Positions 36,530 to 47,995 are shown, numbered from the stretch's first letter. The stretch is 64,000 bases of DNA from Psilocybe cubensis (GCA_017499595.2 CM039007.1:1984001-2048000); one strand, 5' to 3'. The notes: generated from the sequence alone by a model not told the origin. A program made the numbers and translations.

Positions 36530-39500
36530 TTGGACGAAATTTCAGATATCGATATCTACAGGTACAAACCCGAATATAGCCGTCCATATGTAGAAAAGCT
36601 TAAAGTGTTACGTTTCAACGAATATTACAAGTTCACCACAATATGGCTTTATCATGATGACGCTATAAAACACATAAATGACACTACAAATCTCGTATTC
36701 ACTGTCAGTATCTCTGTACTGATGTTCTGGTTCAGATATTTTACTATGAATGACATGAAAGCCATAGCCGATTCCCATGGCATACAATTTTCCCGTTTAA
36801 CTAAACCCAAACTATTCGCTAAGATATTTGAACACCAATGCAGTAGCAAATGCAGTAACTTGATATATGTTTTCAAATGCATGGCAAGACCACGTCAACA
36901 TATATTCAGTATTTTCGAAGAACGGTGTGGCAATTTCGATTTTGAAAGACGAACTGTTGCCAAAGAAAATTTGAACAACCCACCACAAGACAATCCTGGT
37001 ATAGACTGCGCGGATACGATTACAGAATCACAGCAACCCAATCGAGTTAAAGCGGTCCCCATCGACGAAGATCATCTTAAACCTATCGGGAAAGATGAAA
37101 AATTAAAAATTATACGGGAATGGAAACAAGAAATGTCTACGGACAGACTGTCCAATGTAGTATGCGCGGCATGCGCTTTGAGGTTTTTCAAGCGCGATTG
37201 TATATGGGTAAACCCAGACAATACCAAGCTGAATCTACTACAAAATCCACACTTGCCAGATTCAATTTTACCTAAGACTTATGATATCAAGATTTACAGA
37301 AAGGCCATACTGCATTATAAAGGCATGGAATACCGTGATCGTATTGGCAAGCTATGTCTCTGTCCAAAATGTGACAAAGCACTAGCGGCCTTCACTATGC
37401 CTAAATTTGCTTTGTGTAACTGGATGTATTATGGAATTGAAAGTTTACCAGAAACCGTGAAGACGGCGATAGAACATTCAACTATCTTCGACAGGATGTT
37501 ATGTTCGCGAGCACGGTCCAGTGTAATCACGTGCAGATTGAACCACACCACACAAACAGAAGACAAAGACGACAACGAAAATACGTTGAGTCGAGCTAGG
37601 AAAGGTATAAGAGGAAACGTTCTAGTATCACCGCTAGACGTGATACGCATGAACAATGTTATACCACCTGCGTCTGACACGATAAGGGACACAATGTGTG
37701 CTATATTCATCGGTAAAGATCTACCTAACCGTAAGACCATTCACAGATATAAACCTACCTTAGTCCGAAGATCGAGGGTAAAGACAATAATACACTTTCT
37801 ATTAACCGAAAATCCAGAATACTCTGCGAGCACCGAGTACAGCGAAGAGAATATGAGACTTTTGTTTGACAACGACAAAGACGAGGGTATACCACACGCC
37901 GTACATATAGGCGCTATGACCGATAACGACGCCATCAGCTCAGCCGTCGCAGATTATACATGTCGAAATGTGGATGAAAATTCAAAGGACGAATTATACA
38001 ATGAATTACTGATGGAAAATGTAGGATATACATCTGGAGACAACTCACCACAGGCATTCCTGACTATGAAATCAACTGCTTTGGAGAGATGTCTCACTGG
38101 GAAACCATTCCTGGCTTCTGGTACAGGATCTAGTATGGTACCTGACTTTCAAAATCCATCGATCTTGACATGGTTATTCCCCCATCTGGACCCTTGGGGT
38201 ATCGGAGGGTTTTACCATCCCGGACGAAAGATTAAAATAAGCATGGAGGAACAACTCAAACATCTTCTTTTAGTAGACGACAGCCCGTTTGCGAAAGACC
38301 CAGAATTCGCGTTTATTTTCTATAACATATGTCGGAAGGCACTAGTGTCCCAGAGTCTACGTTTCTCGGTATCCCAATCGTCACACAAGAAAATAGCTAA
38401 CGAACTGTTAAATATCGATTTAGACATGTTAAGTCACTTAACCAAAGAATGTGAGAAAAATCCGTATTACAAACCAACAGAAACAAAAGAAAAAGAAGCT
38501 TTTAGACTACTGTCTTCGATCAGACTGGTATCAAAACACGTACCCGGGAGCGATGGCTACAAACTAACTCTACGTAACCAAATCAGGGCATTGATTAATA
38601 ATAAAGGAACACCAACACTATTCATCACTATCAACCCGTCTGACGTGGACAACCCTATCGTACGTCTGTTAGCGGGTGAGGATATTTCATTGGAAAGTAT
38701 CGAACGAGGAGAGGACTGGACGAAATGGAGAAGATCACTCTTTGCAGCACGGAACCCTTCAGGATGTGCACGTTTTTTTGACCTAATGATAAACAACTTC
38801 ATTAACGTCATATTACGATACGGGCGCGAGGAAAATGGTTTATACGGCAAATGTACAGCGTACTACGGTACTGTCGAGGCACAAGGTAAAGGAACATTAC
38901 ATTGCCACATGCTGATTTGGTTGCACGGGCACTTATCTCCCCAGAAACTACGCGATGAAATGACCCGATCAATACATTATCAAACAAGAGTGTTCATGTG
39001 GATCGAATCTATAATTCAATGTGAATTTCCAAACTCAGTAGGATCCGAACAACAGACTAACGATTACCCCCGACGAATACTATCTACTGAAACAGGTGAT
39101 CCTCATCCAGGTGTAATACAATCACCTTCCCCACAAAATTATACCGATATAAACCAATTTTGGCTCGAGTTCGACTTCTTCCTGGAGCGAATCTTACATC
39201 AGTACGCATGGCACGAGCACCAAGCAACGTGCTGGAAATACCTTGAACGAGGTCAATCCAAATCAGACAATAATTGCAGAATGGGTATAAATGGGCAGAC
39301 CTTGGAAAAGACTACATTAGACGAAATAACAAAAGAGATACTACTCCGCAGACACCATCCAAGATTAGCGCAACACACTGATATAGTATCATTCTTATTG
39401 CAGTGCAACATGGACATTAAATTCGTAGGGTCAGGAGATGCAGCAAAAGCGTTCTTGTACTATGTTACTGATTATATAACAAAGGCATCTCTACCAGTTC

Positions 39501-42391
39501 ATGCAGGTATGGCCGCGTTGTCGTATGCTGTAAGTAAAGCGTACAGCAAAATGTCCGCAAATCAATCAGAAATATCAGACAATCAAACAGTGGGTGCCAT
39601 CATAACAGCTGTTAATAGTATGATGGGCAGACAGGAAATATCACAACCACAAGTAATGAGCTATCTAGTAGGCGGAGGCGACCACTACACATCTCACAAA
39701 TTTGCTATACTCAAATGGCACAGTATAAGAAGGTTTTGCATGTCTCATCACACTAAATCCAATCAGACGCCCAACAACAGCACATTAGACGACGTAAGCA
39801 ATACCAACGAACAAGAAAACGAAGAGTCAGTTGAGTTAAATATGGGTGACAGAGACATAACGGCGTCCAACCAACGACTGGACTATTGTTTAAGACCAGC
39901 GAACGACAAATTCATAGATTTGTGTTTGTATGACTTTGTAGCATGGGGTATCAAACAACGGTATACCAAAGAAATGTTACACATTGAAACAGCAGTACGT
40001 CCAGGATCATTCTTAAACGACGAGCACCCTGAGTATTTCACCCATTATATGACAATCAGAAGAAAAAGTTGTATACCAATTATACTAGGCCCTTCTATTC
40101 CGAATCCATTGAAGTCTGATCAACTAAAAGATGACTGGGCAAGGGACATGTTACTCCTCTTCAAACCGTGGAGGGATATATCAGATTTAAAGACCCCATC
40201 AGAAACATGGACAGACGCATTTCATAACTACGAGATATCAATGAAACTAGAACACACGCGCATCATACAGAACATGCAAGCTTTGACAGAATGTAGCGAG
40301 GCCCGCGACGCACACAGGCAGCGCAGACGTGGAAAAACATCCGAGGATGTAGTGTCCGATGAAGTACAGGATATAATATTAACAGACACGGAAGGTAATA
40401 CAGACACCCTCAACCCTAACGATGTATACTCTCCAGATCCCTTCCAATGCATTGAAAACCCCAACGAAGACTTTACAACAAACTTACACGACTCCATAGA
40501 TAACATAGGAGAGGAAACTTCAAGATTTCTAGACATGTGTCTCCCACTGGATACAACGGAAACTGCTGTGGACACGGAATATCAAAAATCAGTTCCAGTA
40601 AACCAACAAACTCTAACATCACATGAAGTGGATGATCTGTTAGCAAGCCATCGCGCCATCATGAAATCAAAAAGAAAACGTGCAATGCTACATGAACCCG
40701 ACACAGACGACATAACTACGCCACCCAAACGATATCGCAATGGGAACTATGCACCTATTGCCAAGCAAGCTATACTCCAGGATTTGTATGATTTAAGTCA
40801 TAATTACAATTCAATAACAGACACTGACACCATGAACAACATCGCAGAAGAAATGGGACTTTTAAATAACCCAGAACAGCTAAAGGCGTTCCGAATCATC
40901 GGTAACCATATCATAACCGACAACAAGGAACAGTTGCTGATTCATATTGCAGGCGTTGGCGGTACAGGTAAATCCCATTTGATAAAATGTCTGATTATGT
41001 TATTCGAGCGCTTGCATCGCAGGAATGAGTTATTATTAGGAGCACCGACCGGAATAGCGGCAGTGCTGATCGGAGGACAAACACTACACTCACTGATAGT
41101 ATCTCATGCAAATCAGTCACAAGCAAAACCCAATAAACTTAAACTAATTCAAATTTGGAAATACATAAAAACTTTAATAATAGACGAGACCTCAATGATA
41201 AGCGCAAAATTCCTCAGTGAAATCTCTATCAGAATTAGGCAAGGGAAAGGAGATGACGTCGTTAACAGCAATAAACCATTCGGAGGAATTAATGTAATAT
41301 TTATGGGCGACTGCGCACAACTAAAACCCCCTCTACAAAAGCCATTATATGCAAATGAATTGGTGAAGAACCCGTCTTTTGCAGAAGCTCGGAACGTGTC
41401 AGGACCATCACAACTAAATGGCGCATTTCTATGGAGACAAGTAAAAACAGTGATACAACTAGTCAAAAACGAAAGACACGCAAGAGACATAAAGTATGCC
41501 CTTTTTCTTGATAGACTAAGATTGGGCCTCTGCAGAAGTAATATTAACAATATTAAAAGTGACAATGAACAGTCAGATTACCATTATATATATAACAGAC
41601 TTATCCAGAAACAGGCTTCTAATCCAAAAACACTAGCATTGTTCAGAGATGCACCTATCATTGTAGGCAACAAGGCCGTACGAGACATCCTGAATGCCAA
41701 GCTAATCAAGTACCATTCAACAAAAGCAAATATATCACCACATATATACTATTCACGAGATGAGAGACACAAAAAAAGGATTACAGGTGAGTTCCAACAG
41801 ATATTATGGAGACTACCTTCAACAAAAACAAACGACGCCCTTGGAAAACTACCTCTTTTCATTGGAATGAAAGTAATGATAACAGAAAACATTGCATTCG
41901 ATGATAAAATAGTCAATGGCACTGAGGGTATAGTCACAGACATAAAATATGAAGTGGACGAGAAATACCGTCGATACTGCAAAGCTGTGTATGTACACGT
42001 CAAAGGTTGTGGAATACAAGTAGACGGGCTAGAAAAAGATGTTGTTCCAATTTTCCCTTCTTCGACTTCAATAGATGTTAAATACCAAAAGCATATCAAA
42101 TTGTTTGACAGCTTTACACGGAAACAAGTCCCACTAATACCAGCGTATGCGTACACAGACTATAAAGGACAAGGTCGCACACTTGATAGGGTAATTGTTG
42201 ATTTATTAACGGCAAGAGGTCAAGGTGCATATGTAATGCTCTCCAGAGTAAAATCCATATCTGGATTACTAGTTCTACGATGGTTCCCTGAGAATAAAAT
42301 ATACAATCGGTTACCTGAAGAACTGCGCAACGAGTTAAACAGACTGGACAACATAGCGAAGTCCGACGTCGAACAATCTAGACCAATCTAG
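36530..42391 (+). CDS. Helitron Rep-helicase transposase (Helitron2/HLE2 type): N-terminal Cys/DUF6570-like region, HUH-Y2 Rep, PIF1-family SF1 helicase
   Basis: 1953-codon uninterrupted ORF. Rep motifs PTLFITINPSD, VEAQGKGTLHCHMLIW (HUH), YYVTDYITK (Y2). Helicase motifs GVGGTGKS, IIDETSMI, GDCAQLKP, AYAYTDYKGQGRTL, AYVMLSRV. N-terminal CPKC..PKFALCNWMYYG, RGNVLVSP, LFPHLDPWGIGGF. True start uncertain (track starts at TTG; possible small 5' introns at ~36270-36400). Confidence 0.95.
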   Translation: MDEISDIDIYRYKPEYSRPYVEKLKVLRFNEYYKFTTIWLYHDDAIKHINDTTNLVFTVSISVLMFWFRYFTMNDMKAIADSHGIQFSRLTKPKLFAKIFEHQCSSKCSNLIYVFKCMARPRQHIFSIFEERCGNFDFERRTVAKENLNNPPQDNPGIDCADTITESQQPNRVKAVPIDEDHLKPIGKDEKLKIIREWKQEMSTDRLSNVVCAACALRFFKRDCIWVNPDNTKLNLLQNPHLPDSILPKTYDIKIYRKAILHYKGMEYRDRIGKLCLCPKCDKALAAFTMPKFALCNWMYYGIESLPETVKTAIEHSTIFDRMLCSRARSSVITCRLNHTTQTEDKDDNENTLSRARKGIRGNVLVSPLDVIRMNNVIPPASDTIRDTMCAIFIGKDLPNRKTIHRYKPTLVRRSRVKTIIHFLLTENPEYSASTEYSEENMRLLFDNDKDEGIPHAVHIGAMTDNDAISSAVADYTCRNVDENSKDELYNELLMENVGYTSGDNSPQAFLTMKSTALERCLTGKPFLASGTGSSMVPDFQNPSILTWLFPHLDPWGIGGFYHPGRKIKISMEEQLKHLLLVDDSPFAKDPEFAFIFYNICRKALVSQSLRFSVSQSSHKKIANELLNIDLDMLSHLTKECEKNPYYKPTETKEKEAFRLLSSIRLVSKHVPGSDGYKLTLRNQIRALINNKGTPTLFITINPSDVDNPIVRLLAGEDISLESIERGEDWTKWRRSLFAARNPSGCARFFDLMINNFINVILRYGREENGLYGKCTAYYGTVEAQGKGTLHCHMLIWLHGHLSPQKLRDEMTRSIHYQTRVFMWIESIIQCEFPNSVGSEQQTNDYPRRILSTETGDPHPGVIQSPSPQNYTDINQFWLEFDFFLERILHQYAWHEHQATCWKYLERGQSKSDNNCRMGINGQTLEKTTLDEITKEILLRRHHPRLAQHTDIVSFLLQCNMDIKFVGSGDAAKAFLYYVTDYITKASLPVHAGMAALSYAVSKAYSKMSANQSEISDNQTVGAIITAVNSMMGRQEISQPQVMSYLVGGGDHYTSHKFAILKWHSIRRFCMSHHTKSNQTPNNSTLDDVSNTNEQENEESVELNMGDRDITASNQRLDYCLRPANDKFIDLCLYDFVAWGIKQRYTKEMLHIETAVRPGSFLNDEHPEYFTHYMTIRRKSCIPIILGPSIPNPLKSDQLKDDWARDMLLLFKPWRDISDLKTPSETWTDAFHNYEISMKLEHTRIIQNMQALTECSEARDAHRQRRRGKTSEDVVSDEVQDIILTDTEGNTDTLNPNDVYSPDPFQCIENPNEDFTTNLHDSIDNIGEETSRFLDMCLPLDTTETAVDTEYQKSVPVNQQTLTSHEVDDLLASHRAIMKSKRKRAMLHEPDTDDITTPPKRYRNGNYAPIAKQAILQDLYDLSHNYNSITDTDTMNNIAEEMGLLNNPEQLKAFRIIGNHIITDNKEQLLIHIAGVGGTGKSHLIKCLIMLFERLHRRNELLLGAPTGIAAVLIGGQTLHSLIVSHANQSQAKPNKLKLIQIWKYIKTLIIDETSMISAKFLSEISIRIRQGKGDDVVNSNKPFGGINVIFMGDCAQLKPPLQKPLYANELVKNPSFAEARNVSGPSQLNGAFLWRQVKTVIQLVKNERHARDIKYALFLDRLRLGLCRSNINNIKSDNEQSDYHYIYNRLIQKQASNPKTLALFRDAPIIVGNKAVRDILNAKLIKYHSTKANISPHIYYSRDERHKKRITGEFQQILWRLPSTKTNDALGKLPLFIGMKVMITENIAFDDKIVNGTEGIVTDIKYEVDEKYRRYCKAVYVHVKGCGIQVDGLEKDVVPIFPSSTSIDVKYQKHIKLFDSFTRKQVPLIPAYAYTDYKGQGRTLDRVIVDLLTARGQGAYVMLSRVKSISGLLVLRWFPENKIYNRLPEELRNELNRLDNIAKSDVEQSRPI

Positions 42392-42442
42392 ACCGAACGA
42401 GACCACCTATTTCCTTTTATAGAAAAATGCTACCACCCTAAA

Positions 42443-42475
42443 CCTGGACTTAAAGAGTCCAGGCATAAACTCTAC
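42443..42475 (+). mobile_element. Putative Helitron 3' terminus: 8-bp stem hairpin followed by ..ctac
   Basis: cctggact-taaag-agtccagg (42443-42463) lies 52 nt after the Rep-helicase stop, followed by cataaactctac. Sequence immediately beyond is the start of an intron of the truncated protease gene. Confidence 0.7.
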
Positions 42476-42492
42476 ACAACAAATATCCTCAC

Positions 42493-43545
42493 AGATTTCG
42501 CGGTGCCCATGAGCCCATCGTCCGGGGACTGCGCGGAAAACTCTACCGATTCGATGCTGGCTACGCCGAATGTATGAGCAGGCAGCGCCAATCCCGCAAT
42601 GGTGACGTCGTCTGTGATGATGTTCCCCGATACAGACCCCGAGCCATATGTGATTTTGAAAGGTTTGCCGGTGTCGTTGAACGAGGTAGAGCTCTGTGGG
42701 CCGAGGAAGACGTGGTTGCCCTGGTAAAATGCTCATGTTAATGGTGTGGTGGTGGTGATGGTTTGTGAGAGGGTGAGGGAAGACGTACGCAGCCGATACC
42801 GTTTGACGTGCAGTCTTCGGAGCCTACCCAGAAGTCTGATGAGCCTGAATCCATTGTAACAAGGAAGTCCCTCGGTGGGGTGCCGATTTGGACTACAGCA
42901 GAATAGCCAACGTCAACTGCCCTATTTTATTAAAAAAAGAAAAAGGAGTGGGTCGGTGATAAGCACGATCCTTCATTCCAAAAAAAAAATAGTAGACTCA
43001 CTCGATATCCAACCCGAGAGAGTTGGGCGCGGTAGGTGTATTAGCGACAGTAACACCATCATCAATGAGCGCGTCATTCTGCTTCGGGGCCTCCGCAAGA
43101 GACACGGCTTCGTGCGCAGACGAGTGAGCCGCGGGTGCAGGGAGCCCAAAACGGTTGAACCGCCTCGACAGCCCCTCGACTCCTTCGACATCGCGCACGC
43201 GGCGCTCGAGGAGCGTGTGGAGGTCCCGCGCGCTAGGCGCCTCGTGCCCCCTCATGCGCGCCATACGGCGCAGCCCGCGGTTGATGTGCTGTTGCAGGTA
43301 CTACAAACGTTACAAATCGTTCGTTCAATATTTTAGTTTCATGAGATTTCGTTGTATGTGAAGGTGTATGCACTTACGATTTGACCGTGTACATCCCTTG
43401 TGCGCTCGGCGCGTTTAAGAGGGAGCGTAACGAACTTGGGCGGCGTCGGCGCACGTTTCGTGACAGGTGCGGACTCGGCAACCTGCGCGAACATGACGAA
43501 GAGCACGCTCGTCAAGATGGTAGTGAAAGACAGAGAGAGATGCAT
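42493..43545 (-). pseudogene. Secreted pepsin-like (A1) aspartic protease, 5' half only, truncated at the Helitron end
   Basis: Signal peptide MHLSLSFTTILTSVLFVMFAQVAESAP, propeptide VTLPLKR, then ..VQIGTPPRDFLVTMDSGSSDFWV (first catalytic Asp), FKITYGSGSVSG (flap), DGLMGTAKS|gtgagg. No second D(T/S)G lobe follows. Confidence 0.9.
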
Positions 43546-45394
43546 GGTGATTATTTGATAGGGAGAAAACTCTAATCTCTAATCGTGGATCGATTCCAAT
43601 GAAGGATGAAAGACTCGGAGTCTGAGGCGTGAGGGCGTGAAACTGGATAAAAGAATGAATGGGAAGCCCAAACCGGGGGCAAGAGGGAACCAAACAGATA
43701 AAAGATAAACGGGAGAAAAGAGAAAGAAGTGAAAGGGGGGGGGGAGATGAAGATGACTCCTTCCCTCCACCGAAACCCCTCCACTTAAATGTATCCTCGG
43801 AACAGCTCCATGGTGATACTCCCCGCAGGCCGGGGAGGTACACCTTGGATACACCCGCACCATCATCACGGCTTGTAAAGAGAATCCTGTAAAGCCAAAA
43901 AACACTCAGTTTCTTATTGTTCGTCTCTGCCTCAACCCACAATCCTTTTGTCTCTTCTCCCCATTGTCCGGTTAAAAATAGAACGCGGCCGGAGTTATTT
44001 TAGGCCGCGTTCCCAAGGGTCCTGCCTGATGGCCTGAGATATTTTTAGAACAGTAGGTAGGTAATTATTGTCCCTGGTGTCCCCTTTGACGTTGACCGCG
44101 ACACGAATTAAAGGATGCATGCGAGAATGCGAGAAGCGAGTGATGGAGAATGCAGAGTCTGAACTGAGGTAATAGTGGCCTGGGCCCTGGACCCGTTGCT
44201 AGCACACTTGACATAACGAATTGTAGGGACGGCGGTGACATGGAGGGATATTCGTACATGTAAAAAAGCAAAAGCATGGCCAGGAGTCAGGACAGGAGGT
44301 GCTAGCTCGGGGTGATCCTAATATTATATTATTATAATAGTATGCATTATGCAACCCCCCGACTCCCGAGCGGCTCACAATAACCTTCATACTAGTTCAT
44401 AGTCATCCGATTGGCAATCATAAACATAAACATAAAATAAAATAAAATCTACATGATGAATTGCAATTGCAACGCAGCGACATCGAAAAATAGAAATCAA
44501 AATGCAGAGCCCGTAGTACCACACCGAAAACAAAAAAACAAAAAACAAAAACAAAAAATAAACTTGCACAGTACGACGGTGTCCGAGGCGATGTGTATTG
44601 GAAGTGGCAGTGGTATTGGAAGTGACAGTGGTATGTAGTATAGGTGGCAATTTAAACCGCCATTGAACAGAGGACCAGAGGTATCATCATTGCGTCATTG
44701 GGTCATTGAATACTTGACGAGGACGAGAAAAAAAAATGAAAAAATGCGTATGAATGGTGAATGGTGATTGGTGAATGTGACGGACGGACGTATGGATGTG
44801 TGGATGGATGGACGTATGAATGAACGGGAGGAATAAAATAAAGAACGAACGAATGAAAGAAGAAAAAAAGAACTTTATAATCTTAAAATAAAAAACGTAA
44901 AAAGGGACGGAACAGAAAAGTAACTGAAAGGAACGTAACAGAAAAGGAACAGAAACAGAAACGGGAAAAGTAACCGACAAAAAAGAAGAAAAAGAGGAGA
45001 GAGAAGAGAATCCACCCTAAACGAATTATAATACACTACACACAAAACGAACCCTACACAAACGAACCCTACACACAAACGGGTACTACACCTACACATA
45101 ACGGACGTGTTGGATATGGATATGGGGAGGGGGGAGGGGGGTATCATCAAACGTGACAAGACAAGACAAAAAATTAAAATCGAACAATTGGTGTGCTATG
45201 CTAGCTCAGGCTCAGGATCTGGCTCACCACCCAAAGAAACAAATGTAAATGTGGATACGACAATGATACGCCTAAAGGGAGGGAAAAGAGAGAGAGAGAG
45301 AGAGAAACTGAGAACTGAGAGACCACAGGGGAGGGGGAAGCGGGAGGCATAATGGGAGGGTAGGGAAGGAAGGAATGAAGGGCTAACACCGACA

Positions 45395-47995
45395 TCACGA
45401 CCACGAAGCACTCTCCAACCCGGCCTTACTCACCCTCCTCATCGGCTGCAACGTCGTCTCGTCCACCGGCGCCCTCCGCGCATGTCTATAGCGCCCATAC
45501 GAGTCCTTGATCTCCATCTCCTGCCCTGAATCACCTAGCACGCGGTCCATGATACCTCCAGCGGACATCGGGCCCCCTCCCCCCGCGCCGCCCACGCCGC
45601 CGCCGAGGCCGTTGAGCTGCCCGCTGTGCGTGTCCATGGGCGGGAGACTCTCCCGCACGTGTGCGCCGCTCCGCCGGGACGCGCCTGATGCTAACACATA
45701 GCTCTCCGGAAGCCCAATACCCCCTCCTCCTCCCCCGCCTTCCCCACCCGTACCCGCACCATTTGCACCATGCCCATGCCCATGGTGGGAAGGATTCGAC
45801 AGCGTCGGCTGCACGCCCACCGACTTCCCGCCCAACTCCTGCTCCTCGAAATTCATAAGCTCCGAGACGAAGCCGATGTTGGGCGAGATGCCTTTACGGC
45901 GCTCGAGCACGAATGCGTATGCGCTTGAGAGTGTCCAGTGGTTTGCGTGGATGAGGTAGGCCATTACGGCTGTTACGGACCGCGATTTCCCGGCTTTGCA
46001 GTGGACGTATGTCGCTGCTGAATGTAACCTTGCATCATCTAGCGTGAAAAAAAAAAAAAAGAATATTATCATTGTTAATTGGTATACTTGTGAAAAAGGA
46101 GAGAGAGACGCACCGAGGATATCACACACCTCCCTCACACCCCTCGATATATTATCCTCCTCAACCGTATCCCTCATCGGTATCTTATAATACTTATCAA
46201 ACACCTCTCTAAGCCTCAACCCATGATCATCATCGCACTCTGCCGCAATATTCAGAATCCTCTTCACCCCAAGCGCCTGGAGCTCCGCGACATGCTCCGG
46301 CGCCGTCAGCTCGGGGCCCAAGAACAAAAAGTTGGGCAGGATCGTCGAGATCGTGAACACGGGGAACGCGTCCTCCGTCGTCGGCGGGTCGAGGTCCGGG
46401 CGCGCGGTGATAGGCGACGGCGGGAGCACAGGCTTCGGTGTCCCGGGCGTGTGTGGCGGGGTGTAGTACGGCGTGAGGTAGTTGGCGGGGTCCGTGCTCG
46501 GCGTCATCGGATAGCGCGCGGACGGCGGTGGTGAGTGCGTCGAGTAGAGGAGGTTCAGGTGTGAAGGTGATTGGGGCGGCGCTTGGATGGAGAGGGAGAG
46601 GGTGGGGGGCACGGCGAGTGTGGCGGAGCGCATTTGTTTGGTGCGCACGGAGAGTTTGGGTGGGCCGAGGCGTTCGGCGGATTTGGTGTCGATGCGGCGG
46701 AGGTTGGGCCGGCGTGGGGGAGCGGGGCGGCGGAAGCCGATGGAGGAAGGAGGTGGAGACGGCGAGGCGTCGACAACGTCCATCGGCTGAGCGTCTGCAG
46801 TACTGATACTCTGCGAGGAGGAGGAGGATGAGGATGAGGTCATCATGGAGGACATTATGGGTAGTGGCGATATCGGGAGCGGCGAGGGTGGTTTGGAGGA
46901 TGTGGTTGAGGCGAGCTCGATTTCTGGGAGCTTTTTGAGTCGTGTGGCGGCTTGGGTATCGAGCTGCAGAAGACCTGCGCTTCTTTTCATGCCGCCCCGG
47001 GAGCTTGTCGTGGAAAGTGGCGGGGGTATAGAGTTGTTATGCATATCGCTAATGGAATCGAGCTCGTCTGCTGTAGTGACAAGCGCCTGGAGCTCTGGGT
47101 GATGGCCTGCGATAGACAAGCCGCCTTCGAGATAAGCGACAGAGCCGTAGGTTAAAAGGGGAGATATAACAGGAATGATCGCCCAAGCTGTGATACCCAG
47201 GTTATCCTTGTCCTTGGGATCCATTTCGTCATCATATACGACGACATCGCCGTCCCAGGGACCGCCTGGACACATGAGAGCGTCCCATTGGATTTTTCCG
47301 AGTTCGGTGGTTGTGAACTGGCGAAGGGCATCGAGGGACTGGAGGCCGCCGCCTGGCCGCCTGCAGCGTTTAAGGATGAGGGATGGAATGGCGATGTTGA
47401 TGCTGTGGCGGAGATGATATGACTGATGTGCGGCTAGGGGTCTGGTGTCGATGAGCAAAGGGCGTTTGGGCTGGATGAGGCGGCTGGCGAGAGTTTGGGC
47501 AGCAAGTGAAACGGGGGGAGACATTGGGGAGGGGCGAGGTGCTTGGATGGCGGAGAACAGGGCACTCTGGGGTGTGTCTGACGAGGGCGTAAAGTAGGAG
47601 GAGGCGATGCTAGAGGTAGGACTGAGTGCGGTGAGGGGCGGGGCGGCGGGAGAGGCAGCGGCGGTGAAAGAGGCGGAGCGGGAGATGATGCTGTCGAGGT
47701 CGAGATCAAGCTTGCGGAGGTCAGTGCGAGAACGGATGGGACGCAGACGGAGATTCTTTTTCACGCTCTGGCGGAGCTGCTGGAGGGCCTCTAGATCTTT
47801 TGTGATATCATCCGGCAGTGGTTCATCCAGCTTGATGCTGGGTCCCGCACGGCCGGTCGGGGAGGAGGGGTTGGAGGAGTCCGAGTCTGAGAGCTGGAGA
47901 GTGTCCTCAAAGACATCGTTGTCGTCGTCGTCGTCGTCGTCCTCAGAGGTAGTGCTTGTGTCGTTGTGTACTGGGGGGCGTTGGTGGTGGAGCAT
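45395..47995 (-). CDS. MAP-kinase-type dual-specificity protein phosphatase (rhodanese/CH2 domain + DSP domain)
   Basis: LLIDTRPLAAHQSYHLRHSINIAIPSLILKR (CH2/KIM-like), ILPNFLFLG, HCKAGKSRS (HCX5R), ISPNIGFVSELMNFE. One in-frame intron at ~46040-46115; likely ATG at 47995. Confidence 0.92.
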   Translation of the reverse strand: MLHHQRPPVHNDTSTTSEDDDDDDDNDVFEDTLQLSDSDSSNPSSPTGRAGPSIKLDEPLPDDITKDLEALQQLRQSVKKNLRLRPIRSRTDLRKLDLDLDSIISRSASFTAAASPAAPPLTALSPTSSIASSYFTPSSDTPQSALFSAIQAPRPSPMSPPVSLAAQTLASRLIQPKRPLLIDTRPLAAHQSYHLRHSINIAIPSLILKRCRRPGGGLQSLDALRQFTTTELGKIQWDALMCPGGPWDGDVVVYDDEMDPKDKDNLGITAWAIIPVISPLLTYGSVAYLEGGLSIAGHHPELQALVTTADELDSISDMHNNSIPPPLSTTSSRGGMKRSAGLLQLDTQAATRLKKLPEIELASTTSSKPPSPLPISPLPIMSSMMTSSSSSSSSQSISTADAQPMDVVDASPSPPPSSIGFRRPAPPRRPNLRRIDTKSAERLGPPKLSVRTKQMRSATLAVPPTLSLSIQAPPQSPSHLNLLYSTHSPPPSARYPMTPSTDPANYLTPYYTPPHTPGTPKPVLPPSPITARPDLDPPTTEDAFPVFTISTILPNFLFLGPELTAPEHVAELQALGVKRILNIAAECDDDHGLRLREVFDKYYKIPMRDTVEEDNISRGVREVCDILGASLSPFSQVYQLTMIIFFFFFFTLDDARLHSAATYVHCKAGKSRSVTAVMAYLIHANHWTLSSAYAFVLERRKGISPNIGFVSELMNFEEQELGGKSVGVQPTLSNPSHHGHGHGANGAGTGGEGGGGGGGIGLPESYVLASGASRRSGAHVRESLPPMDTHSGQLNGLGGGVGGAGGGGPMSAGGIMDRVLGDSGQEMEIKDSYGRYRHARRAPVDETTLQPMRRVSKAGLESASWS

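Noticed and set aside
36652-42156. Several 60-140-aa minus-strand ORFs inside the Rep-helicase
   Set aside because: Antisense shadows of the long plus-strand ORF, with no motifs.
44387-45411. Phe/Leu-rich short ORFs
   Set aside because: Derived from A/G-rich low-complexity 3' UTR or intergenic sequence downstream of the phosphatase.
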